Made by a program: the position numbers and the translations under genes. This document shows positions 12,685 through 24,414 of a DNA stretch of 64,000 nt, piece after piece; position 1 is the stretch's first letter; the number at the start of each line of letters is the position of its first letter. The DNA is taken from the NCBI GenBank assembly GCA_965287045.1, contig OZ336890.1, positions 25,606,001 through 25,670,000 of the forward strand, written 5' to 3'. Source of the DNA: Carcharhinus amblyrhynchos. Its lineage: Eukaryota. The notes below the pieces were generated by a model. That model was not told the DNA's origin. It did not search any database and was given only the letters and a program-made list of their open reading frames with translations.

Positions 12685-12975
12685 TACTTGGGCATATTTA
12701 TACAACAGTATGAAAGCACTTTGCACAACGTCAGGATCTTCCAAAAGGCTTCATGCCAATGTAATCACTGGAGTAAAGTGAGAAAAACAATTGCCAGTTT
12801 TTGCACAAGCTCCTATATGCAGCACTGAGATCAATTGCCTGGTAATAGGTCATAGAGGTGTTTGCCAAGGAATAAATATTGCCAGGTCACCATAGTAAAT
12901 TTCCTGCTCTCAACAGTGCCATAAAATATTTGATGTCCACCTGAGAAGGCAAGTGGGACCTGGGTTTAATATTGC
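12685..12975 (-). mobile_element. Deu-domain SINE (SacSINE1/AmnSINE-like), degraded
   Basis: Reverse complement has CTCAGGTGGACATCAAATATTTTATGGCACT...GGCAATATTTATTCC, matching the recalled Deu-domain consensus, plus an L2-like tail. Confidence 0.65.
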
Positions 12976-13084
12976 TTCTTCTATGGGGAACTGTTCCCCA
13001 CTTATACACCAAAATGCTGGAATAAATGATATGGTTTTAGGTGGCATAAAGATAAGATAGCCAAATGTGCTAATTATTTGCACC

Positions 13085-13400
13085 TTCTTTCATCTTTAAC
13101 ACTACCATTAACACTCCCTTTGTCTTGTGTCCGTGATATCTTTGTCAACCTCTCCTTAGCTCTCCTTAAGTCACCTAGAAAGTCACCTAGCCCTGACTTT
13201 CTACTCTGCCCTTCCTTCTTCACCCCAACTCCAATTATATAATCCAAGATATTTCTCCCCCTCTTCAGCTCCGAAGAAGAATCTTACAGAATCAAAACAT
13301 TAGCTCTGTTTCTCTCTCTGCAGATGCTTCTCAACCTGCTGAGTTTATCAGGCATTTTCGGTTTTTGTTTCCAGCATCTGCAGTATTTTGCTTTTATTGA
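13085..13400 (+). mobile_element. Penelope-type 3' end/pLTR (family 2) with degenerate hammerhead motif
   Basis: Similar to 47165-47430. CAGCTCCGAAGAAGAATCTTACAGAATCAAAACATTAGCTCTG followed by CAGATGCT...CCTGCTGAGTTTATC. Confidence 0.7.
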
Positions 13401-13519
13401 AGGACTGCACTGCTTGTCCTCTTAACGGGAACAGTATAATGCTGCCACGAGAGGACGGAGAAAATCTGTTTGAAAAAGGCACACACAAAAAATAATCTCT
13501 GGCTCAAAATCTGAATAAT

Positions 13520-13830
13520 GACAATAACTTGCATTTATAGAGGGTTTTTAACGTAGCAAAGATGTTCCACGGTGCTCCACAAGAGCATTATTAGACAAAA
13601 TCTGACACTGAACAACAGAAAGAGATATTAGGAAAAGCGGCTAAAACTTTGGTCAAAGATCACTTTTATGAAGTGACTTTAAGGAGGATAGTGAGATCAG
13701 GAATTGGAGAGGTCTAGGGAGTGAATTGTAAAATTTAGGGCCTAGGCAGCTGAAGGCACAGCTGCCAATGATAGAGTGATGAAAATTGGGGATAAGCATG
13801 GAGTTAAAATTGGAGGGGCAATGCAATCTC
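13520..13830 (-). mobile_element. L2 LINE 3' end
   Basis: ORF 13653..13859(-) has IGSCAFSCLGPKFYNSLPRPL; tail ACTTGCATTTATAG on the + strand. Confidence 0.8.
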
Positions 13831-13837
13831 AAAGTTT

Positions 13838-14142
13838 TAAGTTTATTTATTAGTGCCACAAGTAGTCTTACATTAACATTGCAATGAAGTTACTGTGTAA
13901 ATCTCCTAGTCGCCACGCTCCAGCTCCTGTTTGGGTACACTGAGAAAGAATTTAGCATGGCCTACGCACCAAATTAGCATGTCTTTCTGACTGTGGGAGG
14001 AAACCAGAACACCCAAAGGAAACCCACAGAGACACGGGGAGAATGTGCAGACTCCGCACAGTCGGTGACCCAAGCCGGGAATTAAGCTCAGGCCCCTGGC
14101 ACTATGAGGCAGCAGTGCTGTCATGCTGTGCCACCATGCTGT
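13838..14142 (-). mobile_element. HE1-related SINE, tail type B, inserted into L2
   Basis: Same head and body as type A, but the tail ends TGTGGCACTAATAAATAAAC on the minus strand. Confidence 0.9.
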
Positions 14143-14947
14143 CCAAAGGATTGTTGGATTCAAGGCTTCTAAGGGTTATAGTATTTCACAAGGTAGGCGT
14201 ATTCATCTTCTGTCCAGCGCTGATATAGTGGGCTGAATTACCTCCTCCTGCTCCATAACAATTCTATGATCTATGTATTAAGAAAGTTTAATATGAGGAC
14301 AACTGTGGTGTATTGTGGCTTTCAATGATTAATCAGAATTAGAAATAACATCTGCTGTTGAGTGTTGTTTAGTCATTGCTAGTCTGAAAAACCAGGCATC
14401 TGAGCTGGTTATGAGCTGAGTGTTTATTTTATATCAATGTAATTAGGTACACTGGAGGAAGTAAATGTTCCCTGTGCTCTGTGACAAAGATTGGTATCAT
14501 AAACTGATAGATTTAAGTTTACATAGCAAGCTCAAAAAACTCCCTCAACTCCTGACTAATGATTCCAAGCCCATGCTTTTTGTGATTAAATTTTACTGTA
14601 CTTCACATACACTTATATAAAACATTTCAAGGGTTCCAATTAATTGTGTTTAATGGAGGATTTGCAAACTTCCTCTTGACAATTGTTGAGAAGTCCTATC
14701 TGAAGTAATTGTCAGGGAGCAGCAGAAGAGAAAATTAAATCTGGAATGAATAAGAAAGCAGGTAAATGTTACTGTTCCTACCCTGTTAAATCAATGATCC
14801 AGCATCACGGCAAATGGTCCTATTGTATTCTGGAAACTGGAGGTGAGGGATGGAAGCAATCGTTTATCCACATGAAGAAATTCCAAGGAACAATGATCAA
14901 GTATGGATGATTGAGTTTAATGAAATTTAACACTCCATCTAATCAAT

Positions 14948-15274
14948 GGGGCAGCGCAGTGGCAGAGTGGTTAGCACTGCTGCCTCACAACGCCAGGTAT
15001 CTGGGTTCAATTCTGGCCTCGGGTAACTGTCTGTGTGGAGTCTACACATTCTCCCCTTGTCTGTGTGGGTTTCCTCGGGCGCTCCAGTTTCCTCCCACAG
15101 TCCAAAGATGTGTGGGCTAGGTTGATTGACCATGCTAGAGTGCCCCTTCGTGTCAGGAGGATTAGGACTATAAATGCGTGGGGCTATGGGGGTGGGACCT
15201 GGGTGGAATTGTTGTCGGTGTAGACTCAATGGGCCAAATGGCCTCTTTCTGCATTGTAGATTCTATGATTCTAT
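14948..15274 (+). mobile_element. HE1-type SINE, tail type A, full length
   Basis: GGCAGCGCAGTGGCAGAGTGGTTAGCACTGCTGCCTCAC...GGGTTCAATTC...ATTCTATGATTCTAT. Confidence 0.92.
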
Positions 15275-17738
15275 AAATCATTGTTCAGTTTAATTGACTG
15301 GTCATTACTAGTTCTGTGACAGGCGATTTTAGATTATGATAAGATGTCACATTATTGGCTACTTTGGACTTCATTGTCAGCAGGAGAAGAAAACGGTTAG
15401 ACCATTTTGAGGAAAAAGGTGTTGGAGTCCTACCTAAATCGCAGGACCCATGTTGGCGTATGGTAACGAGATTCTTGCCTTTTTCCTTGCAGCTATTTCA
15501 AGGACTGGACTAAAGCGACAGCAGGCAGAAGGAGAGAGCAGAATGTTTTAATTTAGTGATGGTGAGGTTCACTACAGCCACCTTAAAGCTGAAAAACAGC
15601 GTGATGTCGAACCCAAAGACACTCGTATTCTGTTCAGCACAACACCAAACAGTGGCGGGAACCACAGCAGAATTTTTTTTTCCTTCACCATGCTTGGGTT
15701 CTTAAGGATAATTGCTCATCTCATCTAACGTCAGCTGGCTTCTCGTACAGCAGGGATAAAACCTGAGCCCCACTGATCTATTTGGTTTTGCGCTGTTCAG
15801 CATAGTAAAGTTATTCACAGAGCCATTGGGGAACTAACGGTTTCAATGTCAACTAATTGGAAACTTCAATGCCCCAGTTGAAATCCTTGACCTCAGTCAA
15901 TGCATCAGTTAATCCACAGCATTACCGAATATATTCTGTACAGTTGTTGGGTCCATGTTCATTGAAGTGTGCTGTTTCAGGGCACCGTTATAAAGCAGAT
16001 CTGTTCAAATAGATCGAAGAGAAGTGTTTTGATATTCCATTACTTCGTATTATCAACATAGATTTTCCCTCACTGATTCTTAAAGTGGAAGTTCTTAATT
16101 ATCTAAAGGAGGAGTGCAGTCAAGGTAAAACTATTCCTCAAAGGGAGGAAAATGTGTTCTTTGTGAGTGAGTGAACGGTCCATTTAGGCCCAACCAAATG
16201 GTCTCTTCAAGGGAATTGTGATTTGAATTACTAAATTAAAATCTACACCATCCAACCTTACTTACAATGTCCAAATTGAAAGGTAAGAGTGCAATTTTAA
16301 CTAAAGGGAAGTGCTTGGATAAAGGTTACCAACATGAAAGGTAGATGTTACAGAGGGAATGCCTCATGAAAACCTCCTGTGCCTCACCTTATTCTTTGCA
16401 AGGTAGGTACAATTCCGAGTGAGTGTTGTGTGCTGATAAAAATACGCGTATCATAATAGCGATAAGGTTCAGATTTTCTTCATTTTGTACAGCCTAAAGA
16501 TATTGTTTAATTTGCAATCAGAAGGTTAATGTGACTTGCCAATGCTACCACGTGCCTGCGCGATGAACGGCATCTAGTCTAATGGGCAATCTCCAGATGA
16601 TTACATATTCAGCACTTCTGTGGAAATTAGATTTTATTAATTCAATTTTGCTGAAAAGCAGCGTGCCATAATAAAATTAAATTTGTAACTATTGCACAGT
16701 TAAATTAGCTAAATAGAGAGGAAGGAGATGGCAGAAAATTGACCCCAATCCCTTAAAGTCTAATCAGATGGCAAACTCAGCCGCTAACTAAGCTGCAGGT
16801 GAGACCAAGATCACTCGAGATGGCAGAAGGAGTGGGTCTCTTCTGGATGTGGCAGCGCCTCTTGACATCACGTAGAACCATCTAGAAAGTTTTTTGTAAA
16901 TAGCCCAGGGCCCTGCACGAAACAGACAAGTTCCAAAAGAAAGCATCCCCTGTGTCTATCTGTTAACATCTTCAGTTTAAAGCTAATTCTTTGGCGTCAA
17001 TTAGAGCCAAATTAATCAGCACTTTGTATGATAAACTCACGTGCTAGTTTTTAATATGCTGCTGCAGCTCTGTCTGTGCTCCAGATTGGCACAATGCTCT
17101 GAAGTTTAATAATGTTGATTGCCTTTAAAACTAAGGAAGTTGACTTATTAATTTTTCCTCCAGAACCTTCGGTTATAAAGATAGAAGTATTCATATTTCC
17201 GTGAGTTCAATTCCAATGATTAAGGAAATTAAGTCGAACTCCTACCCTCTGACCCCCAGAGCCCTGTGTTTTGATCAGCAGGGACCCAGATGCAAGGGGC
17301 TGGGATTTGTGGCTTTCAGCGAGGTGAGGGAGGTAGAATAGAGAGTGATCCACTCACTCCCACCCCCACAGTCTCAGTGCTGTCAACGAAGCAACGGTCA
17401 GCTATGGCCATCAATTTAAAAGTCCACTGGTACTTCACTCTCTCCTTATCTGTTATGGCAAGCTCAAAAGAGTAAATCAAATTAAAAAAACATACAAACG
17501 CTGCCACCTTCACTTACAGACTCTGGTGCTACATTCAGCTGCTGGCAGGCTTTTCCTTCTGCCTTTGTGCTCCGTAGATGTGGCATCAAGCATTTTCCCA
17601 TCTGACGCCCGGAGTGGGCAATGAAAAATTGCGAACAATCGACTCTTTAAACATACTCAATAGCTTGGCAATTGGTTATTTCAAAATGTTGGGTGGGTTT
17701 CTTATTTCCATGCTGCTCGCGTTCCATAATGTGCGAGA

Positions 17739-17894
17739 TCATGGAATCAGGGAATGCCTACAGAGCAGAAGTCGGTCCATCAAGCCTGTACCGACAACAA
17801 TCCTATCCAGACCCTATCCCCTTAACCCCACATATTTATCCTGATAATCCCCCTGACGGGCAATTTTGCATGTCCAATTAACCTATCCTGCACG
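17739..17894 (-). mobile_element. HE1-type SINE 3' half, in tandem with the next copy
   Basis: Tail and 3' body only; directly abuts the full copy at 17899. Confidence 0.8.
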
Positions 17895-17898
17895 TAGG

Positions 17899-18198
17899 AT
17901 CATAGAATCCGACAGTACAGAAGGAGGCATTTGGCCCAAAGAGTCTGCACCAACCACAATCCCACCCAGGCCCTATCCCCATAACCCCATGTATTTACCC
18001 TGGTTAGTCTCCCTGACACTAAAGAGCAATTTAGCATGGCCAATCCACCTGGCCTGCATATCTTTGGACTGTGGGAGGAACCCACACAGACACAGGGAGA
18101 ACGTGCAGACTCTACACAGACAGTGACCCAAGCTGGGAACTGAACCCCGGTCCCTGGCCCTGTGAGGCAGCAGTGCTAACCACTGTGCCACCGTGCCA
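17899..18198 (-). mobile_element. HE1-type SINE, tail type A, full length
   Basis: ATCATAGAATCCGACAGTACAGAAGGAGGC ... GCAGCAGTGCTAACCACTGTGCCACCGTGCC on the + strand. Confidence 0.92.
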
Positions 18199-18835
18199 CT
18201 CTTTGGAGATGGGCGTGATGATGTTGGATTGACAAACTGCCATCATCGCATCATATTTTACACTCGTGCACAGGGGTGGCCTGCTCAGTTTGTGGTTGTG
18301 AAACCAGGCCCGAGGAGCAGAAGGTGCCAGTGAACCAGTCGTATTTTCCTAATCTAACCTCTGCTGCTAAACTGCAATCACTTCATAATAAATGGCAGTA
18401 AAAAGATTTTTTGAACAATGTTTATTGCACTTAATGTGCATAGAGATCAATAAAATTCTTGGAAAAAGCAGACATATAATACTCCTCCAGTAAAATGTGT
18501 GTGACAGTTTGATGAAATTCAAAGCAAAGACATCCATATTAAAATATATTTTGTGTATTTATTTATATATGTGAAATACAATATATATTTATATATGTGT
18601 GTATATACTCAGGGTGTGCAAAACCAATTTAATTTGTTCACTTTATCCCTCCATTAATATATTAAAAACAGTACATTAGCATGGTCATATATAATCCGGC
18701 AGATAAGTGTTACTGAAACAAGATAATCTTAAAGCAAAGAGCAAAGAAAAGAGAGTTACTCAAGTGTGGTTGCTTCTGATTTCGTACTTCCAAAGCAGAC
18801 CAGCCTTTAAAATGAAATAGTTGAACACTGAATTT

Positions 18836-19133
18836 AAAGTTTATTTATTAGTGCCACAAGTAGGCTTACATTTACACAGCAATGAAATTGCTGTGAAAAT
18901 CCTTTGGTCGCCACACTCCTGTTCAGGTACACTGAAGGAGAATTTAACATGGCTAATGCACCTAACTAGCACGTCTTTTGGACTGCGAGGGGAAACTGGA
19001 GCAGCCGGAGGAAACCCACACAGACATGGAGAGAATGTGTAGACTCCACACAGACATTGACCCAAGCTGGGAATCGAACCCAGGTCCTTGGCGCTGCGAG
19101 GCAGCAGTGCTAACCACTGTGCCACCTTGCCGC
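18836..19133 (-). mobile_element. HE1-related SINE, tail type B
   Basis: AAAGTTTATTTATTAGTGCCACAAGTAGGCTTAC ... GCTAACCACTGTGCCACC on the + strand. Confidence 0.92.
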
Positions 19134-20134
19134 AGTTACTAGATCTAGTTTTCTTAATAATTAGCATTTGCTACCTTAAAAAGACATGGTTCCACCTTAA
19201 TTTGCATGGTATAAAACCCCCCTCCACATAAAGAGTCTTTAGCACTTGCAAGCAACTACAAATCTGATAGAAAATGCTCGATATTTTATCCAGCTTTCAG
19301 CTTTGCAGTATTTACTGCTTAGATTCGAGAAAGCCATGTCCTTCCTTGTGCATTGCATCACTGCAACATTTACTTAGCATGAATTGTTGAGTTGGCAGCA
19401 CACGCCAGCCTTGATTTCCTGATGGCTGTGAGCCTGTCAGGCTGTCCATTTGCTTGGCTGCTGGGCAGGAGGTGGCCCTACCAAGATACAAATGAGACCA
19501 GGCCTCCACACTCCAGCCTTGCCAGATCATTTGCAGAAACCTGGCCTCAAAATATCAAGGCCGATATGTCTGAATTTTCTGTATCACATTCACTTGCACA
19601 GGACAGGTGAAAATGTTGTGTGCTGCTGGTAGGTACAGATCCATATTGACTTTTTTCAAGTTGACAAGTTACCTTAGAATTGCTCAAATGATGCCCTGCA
19701 GATATGGGACACTGATCAGTCGTTACTCCAAAGACTGAGCTGTATGTGGCACTTTTGAAAGCATTTTCAGTGCCTCCAACTGCAAAATATAGCCTGCCTA
19801 TGTAAAGAGATAGAACAAAGTTGTTCTAGTTTATGGATAACAAAAACAAAATGTTGTAGCTGCCGAAATTCTGAAATTAAAATAATAAATGCTGAAAATA
19901 TTCAGCAGATCGGGCCACATCTGTTAAACCAAGTATTCTCAGCATTTTCTATTTTATAGATAGCTTTGTAGCATATTAAGGTCCTTAGCCTTCATTATTA
20001 TCTGATGGATGAGTCAGACTATGAACAATTAAACTGGCCCAGAACCTCCCATGTCACACAAGGCAATGGAAATCTAGCATGCCAGTACATTCTATCACCA
20101 TCTCGCAACATGGAAATCCAGACAGAATTAAATG

Positions 20135-20323
20135 ATCATAGAATCCCTACAGTGCAGAAGGAGGCCATTTGGCCCATCGAGCCTGCACCAACAACAATTC
20201 TACCCAGTCCCTATCCCCGTAACCTGTTAATCCCCCTGACACCAATGGGCAATTTAGCATGGCCAACCAACCTAACCTGCACGTCTTTGGAGCGGAGAGG
20301 AAACCGGAGCATCCGGAGGAAAC
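20135..20323 (-). mobile_element. HE1-type SINE, 5'-truncated
   Basis: TCATAGAATCCCTACAGTGCAGAAGGAGGCC tail and body up to CCGGAGGAAAC. Confidence 0.88.
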
Positions 20324-20467
20324 TATATCATATACACGTGGGACAGGCTTTCTGAATGAACAAATGAATTTCAAGAGGTACATTCAAGAAACCATTTTGT
20401 TCACTGAAGCAAATGTTATTCTTCTCAGCAAAGGAGGATTGTTGGCTGGTCACCTCAAAAAGACCAA

Positions 20468-20595
20468 GGGCAGGATTTTCCGGCTGCGCTCACCCCAAGA
20501 ACGGAAAATCCAGCCCATAGTCAAGCGACCCTTGCATGGTCCGTGTCTCGCCCACTATAGTTCCCATGGTGGGCGGGACGTGAAAACTGTGTCCC
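20468..20595. mobile_element. Short MITE-like element
   Basis: Starts GGGCAGGATTTTCCG and ends with imperfect inverse CGTGAAAACTGTGTCCC. Similar short GC-rich elements at ~26733-26812 and ~56572-56711. Confidence 0.45.
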
Positions 20596-21141
20596 AAAAT
20601 GTATTCCCTCTCTAATATTACCTTAGTGGGTTGTACTCGTTTTAGCAATTATTTTCCGTGTTGTGGTGGTAGATTTTCCATGTTGGACTCAATTGCAAAT
20701 TCCAATGCAAATAACATCCATTTTGCAAAGCAGTTCCCTACCACCACCATACTCTGAGTTTCTGCCCAGACTCATTTGCATATTGCCAATCACAAGGTGT
20801 TGCATGGACCAATGCAATCGGACAATGTTTGTAGAGCACAATTTTTAATAAAATAAACATTGTTTAAAAAGTATGCCATGATACATTTAAGTGTGGTAGC
20901 TTGTTAAAGGTTAATTAGCTCAGCTAATGCATTTATCACAAAGAAAGCACTGGAACCACAGTGTCACAATCTGTCAGTAATTTGCATTTAAATTACTGAA
21001 AGTAGCTTGTAAAAATTATACTAAAGTATTCCCAGTTAGATAGGTGTACAGAAGTTAGCTCTTTAGCAAGTTAATATAAAAACCTTTTAAACTTTACCTA
21101 TTCTTGTGCCCGGGAGTTCCAACTTGATTTCCAAAGACTTA

Positions 21142-22199
21142 GGGCCTGATTTTACCATTTGGAGTCTAAGGGCCGGATCCGGGCGTAATACAGATCCGAG
21201 CCCAGAATCCTCTTTTCTTGCTCCGGTCTGATCTGCACTGTGGGCAGGACTTAGCACTGCTAGAACGATCGGAGCTCTGAACTGCGCATGCGCAGTTAGA
21301 AAAAAATCTGAAGCAGCGCGCCCAGGCGGGAAAGGAAAAAAAAAAGCAGAGGGAGTGGCTCTCTGACAGAGATCAGCTTCTAGGGGTGGGCGGTGCAGGA
21401 GGAGGAGGTGGGTCAGAGCATCCTCTAGGATGGGGGGTGCAGGAGGAGGTGGGTCAGATGTATCTCTGGGGAGGGGGGGGGAGGGGGGGTGGCGGCGAGA
21501 GGGCTGATTGTTGTCTGGTGGTGGAGGGAGGCCCGATTGCTCACTGATGGGGGAGGGCGGATGAATCTCTGGTGAGGGTGGCGGGGGGGGCGGGGGGGGG
21601 GTGCAGGAGGGTCCACTGCCAGTCTGTGGGCGATCAGCAGAGAGGGGGGTAGCCACACGTCCACTCCAGGAGGAGGGATTCGTTCCTCCGGTGGGGATGA
21701 GGGGCCGCCCGCAGAGTGGTAGCGGAGATCCATTTGCACCCCCCCCCATCGGTGAGCAATTGGGCCTCTCCCCACCACCGCATCCCCCTCCCAAGGATTC
21801 TCTGACCCACCTCCTCACCCCCCACCCCACCCCTCCCAGAGGATGATCTGGGTCAGAGAGCTGTTGCAGGTTCTGGCGCCGCTTTGGAGGGTCCCCTGCA
21901 AAATAAAAATCGGTCTCGGATTTTTATTTTGCAGGTCACTTACAGCGTGGATCCAGAAAGGACCAGAAGATGGTAAGGTGGGATTTGATGGTAAAGTTGG
22001 GCGCTCGGTTCATTAGGTCAATTTAAATACATGCTAATACATTTAAATCGCCGGGCAGCCTGATTCAGGCATGGACCGGATCCGCGCCTCAAACTGGGTG
22101 TCGGTAAAGTCGTGATCTGCTTGGATTTGGGTTGCAGATCGCATTAAAGGCCCGAAGCCAGAATTTACCACGATTTAAATTTTTGATAAAATTGGGCCC
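21142..22199. mobile_element. Non-autonomous PIF/Harbinger DNA transposon (MITE), 1058 bp
   Basis: TIRs GGGCCTGATTTTACC / GATAAAATTGGGCCC; TTA target-site duplication at 21139-21141 and 22200-22202 (TWA is the Harbinger signature); CpG- and G-rich interior. Confidence 0.85.
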
Positions 22200-22203
22200 T
22201 TAG

Positions 22204-22512
22204 AGTCATAGAGGTTTACTGCATGGAATCAGGGCCTTCGGCCCAACTTGTCCACACCGCCTTTTTTTTGAACCACTAAGCTGGTCCCAATTGCCCACAT
22301 TTGGCCCATATCCCTCTAAACCCATCCTACCCATGTAACTGTCTAAATGCTTTATAAAAGACAAAATTGTACCTGCCTCTGCCAGTACCTCTGGCCGTTC
22401 ATTCCAGACACTCATCACCCTCTGTTTGAAGAAATTGCCCCTCTGGACCCTTTTGTATCTCTTCCTTCTCACCTTAAACCTATGCCCTCTAGTTTTAGAC
22501 TCCCCTACCTTC
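22204..22512 (-). mobile_element. CR1-like LINE 3' fragment
   Basis: ORF 22206..22706(-) includes VGESKTRGHRFKVR...GNFFKQRVMSVWNERPE...FIKHLDSYM. Confidence 0.9.
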
Positions 22513-23418
22513 ACCAAGGTCTGTACGCAAGCAAGCAAAATCAATGGAAGCTCCCATTTACCTTGGGCACATGGCTGGCTTTCAGTGTAATGTTTTTTAA
22601 AACTAATGCCAAATGGTAGAAGAATCTCAAGTTGCGCTGAATGCAGTTTGTGCTTCAAATTTTGAGATCTTTTGTGCCCGTTACACAGATGGAAAATTTG
22701 GGCCAAATGAAAAACAGCGCACTCTGGGGAGAAATTTTAACTGTACTGTTTATTTCTGGATCTGTTTTAATGTTATGTTGGTGGGTCTGCATTATTTTTG
22801 ATCATGGTGCGAGATAAATTATTGCCTGGTTGCTCACTAAGAGATGCAAGGCGTTTCGTACCTGGGCAATCAGAGGTGAGAATCCAGTCCTGATAGCTTA
22901 ATGCTGATATGTATGCAAGTCACTGAAGTCAATTCAAACAAATTTCCACTATGACCATGACTATGTTAGATTCCAATTTCAGATTTAGAATATCTGAGGC
23001 TGCATAACAAGTGTGGCATTAGTGTGAAAGCAGTTTCCCTTCACATTTCTGCTATTGTTAGAGTGTAAATCTAGAATCGAAGACTTACGTGACTCTGGAG
23101 TGGAATGAGGTTCCATAGAGGAGGGAACTAACCTGATATTCAGATTGCCAAAATCCCAAATATGTATTCAAAAGCCATTTGCTCAACTGCAACGTAGATA
23201 GTCATCAGTTAACAATGCTCCTCAGTGATTTGAGTAATAGAAAAGGAAAGAAAAGCTGTTTGTGGTAAATAGTTTTTATTATTAAGAGAAACCTGCAGTA
23301 GGCAGCGCATGCTTATGTTCCTTACATTAAGTATCACCCCACAACTTGAACAAGTTGCAGCATACAGCACTGTGACTTGTTCCGCACACAAACAGTTGCT
23401 CTTTGCATTGAACTCAAT

Positions 23419-23808
23419 GAAACATAGAGACATAGAAGATAGGAGCAGGAGGAGGCCATTTGGCCCTTCGAGTCTGCTTCGCCATTCATTACCATCATGG
23501 CTAATCGTCCAACTCAAATACTACTTTTTCCCCATAACCTTTGATCCCATTCACCCCAAGTGCTATATCCAGCCACCTTTTGAATACATTCAATGTTTTG
23601 GCATCAACTGCCTCCTGTGGTAATAAATTCCAAAAGCTCAACGCTTTGTGTGAAGAAATGTCTCCTCACCTCCGTCCTAAATGGTCTACACTGAATCCAC
23701 AGACTGTGACCCCTTTTTCTGGATTCCCTCACCAACGGGAACATCTTCCCTGCATCTACCCTGTCTAGTCCTGTTAGAATTTTATAAGTCTTTGTGAGAT
23801 CTCCCTTC
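23419..23808 (-). mobile_element. CR1/HER1-like LINE 3' fragment
   Basis: GAAACATAGAGACATAGAAGATAGGAGCAGGAGGAGGCC tail; strongly similar to 40715-41105. Confidence 0.9.
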
Positions 23809-24414
23809 AGTGAAGTGACAGCATCAATTCTGAATAAATAAATTAAAGGTTACCACTCACTGTAAATACTCCACAGTATCATAGATCTGTGTTACTGACA
23901 TCAATTGTTAATCCATAGAGCGAGTTGTATGCCATAAACAGCAGAACTTTTCAGAATTTTTGTCTCCCAAGTCAGAAACTGCTGCACTTAGGACAGCATC
24001 AACATTGTCCTGTAGGCCATCAATATTAACCATTGATAGGCTTCAGCATGAGCAGGCCAATGCAACAATAGAGCCTGTCAAGATCTTGCACGTTTAAGAG
24101 AAGTTAGTTACAGTCTCAGAAACCCAAATGTTATCTCTCAGCTGTGCAGGAACACAACAAGTGGATTACTGGAAAACCTCTCGAGTTGTTCACAGATTAA
24201 TCTTTAGTTCCTGGAGATTCTGGGGCATTCCACAAGTGTTGGAAAACTATCTACAAGCTCCATACCAATGTTGCAGGTTACATCCTCCTTCCCACCAATG
24301 CCTCCAATTGAACCAGACTGTTTAAAGGCTGGCTATTTGACCGTGAACTGAGTTTTTTGACCCCTTATCCTCTTTATCAATCAAAAACTCCCAGTTCCAT
24401 GTTGTAATAAAGAA

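Noticed and set aside
14948-15020. tRNA-like sequences with A and B boxes
   Set aside because: SINE heads continuing into SINE bodies; no complete cloverleaf.
17511-17580. Possible splice signals (minus-strand GTAAGT at ~17512-17517; plus-strand polypyrimidine-TAG at ~17551-17577)
   Set aside because: No partner site or recognisable coding frame; such motifs occur by chance in 64 kb.
18535-18610. AT-rich quasi-palindromic tract
   Set aside because: Low-complexity decayed (TA)n microsatellite.
21087-21830. 247-aa proline-rich ORF, the longest in the window
   Set aside because: Lies almost entirely within the Harbinger MITE; low complexity from C/G runs; no domain or splice signals.
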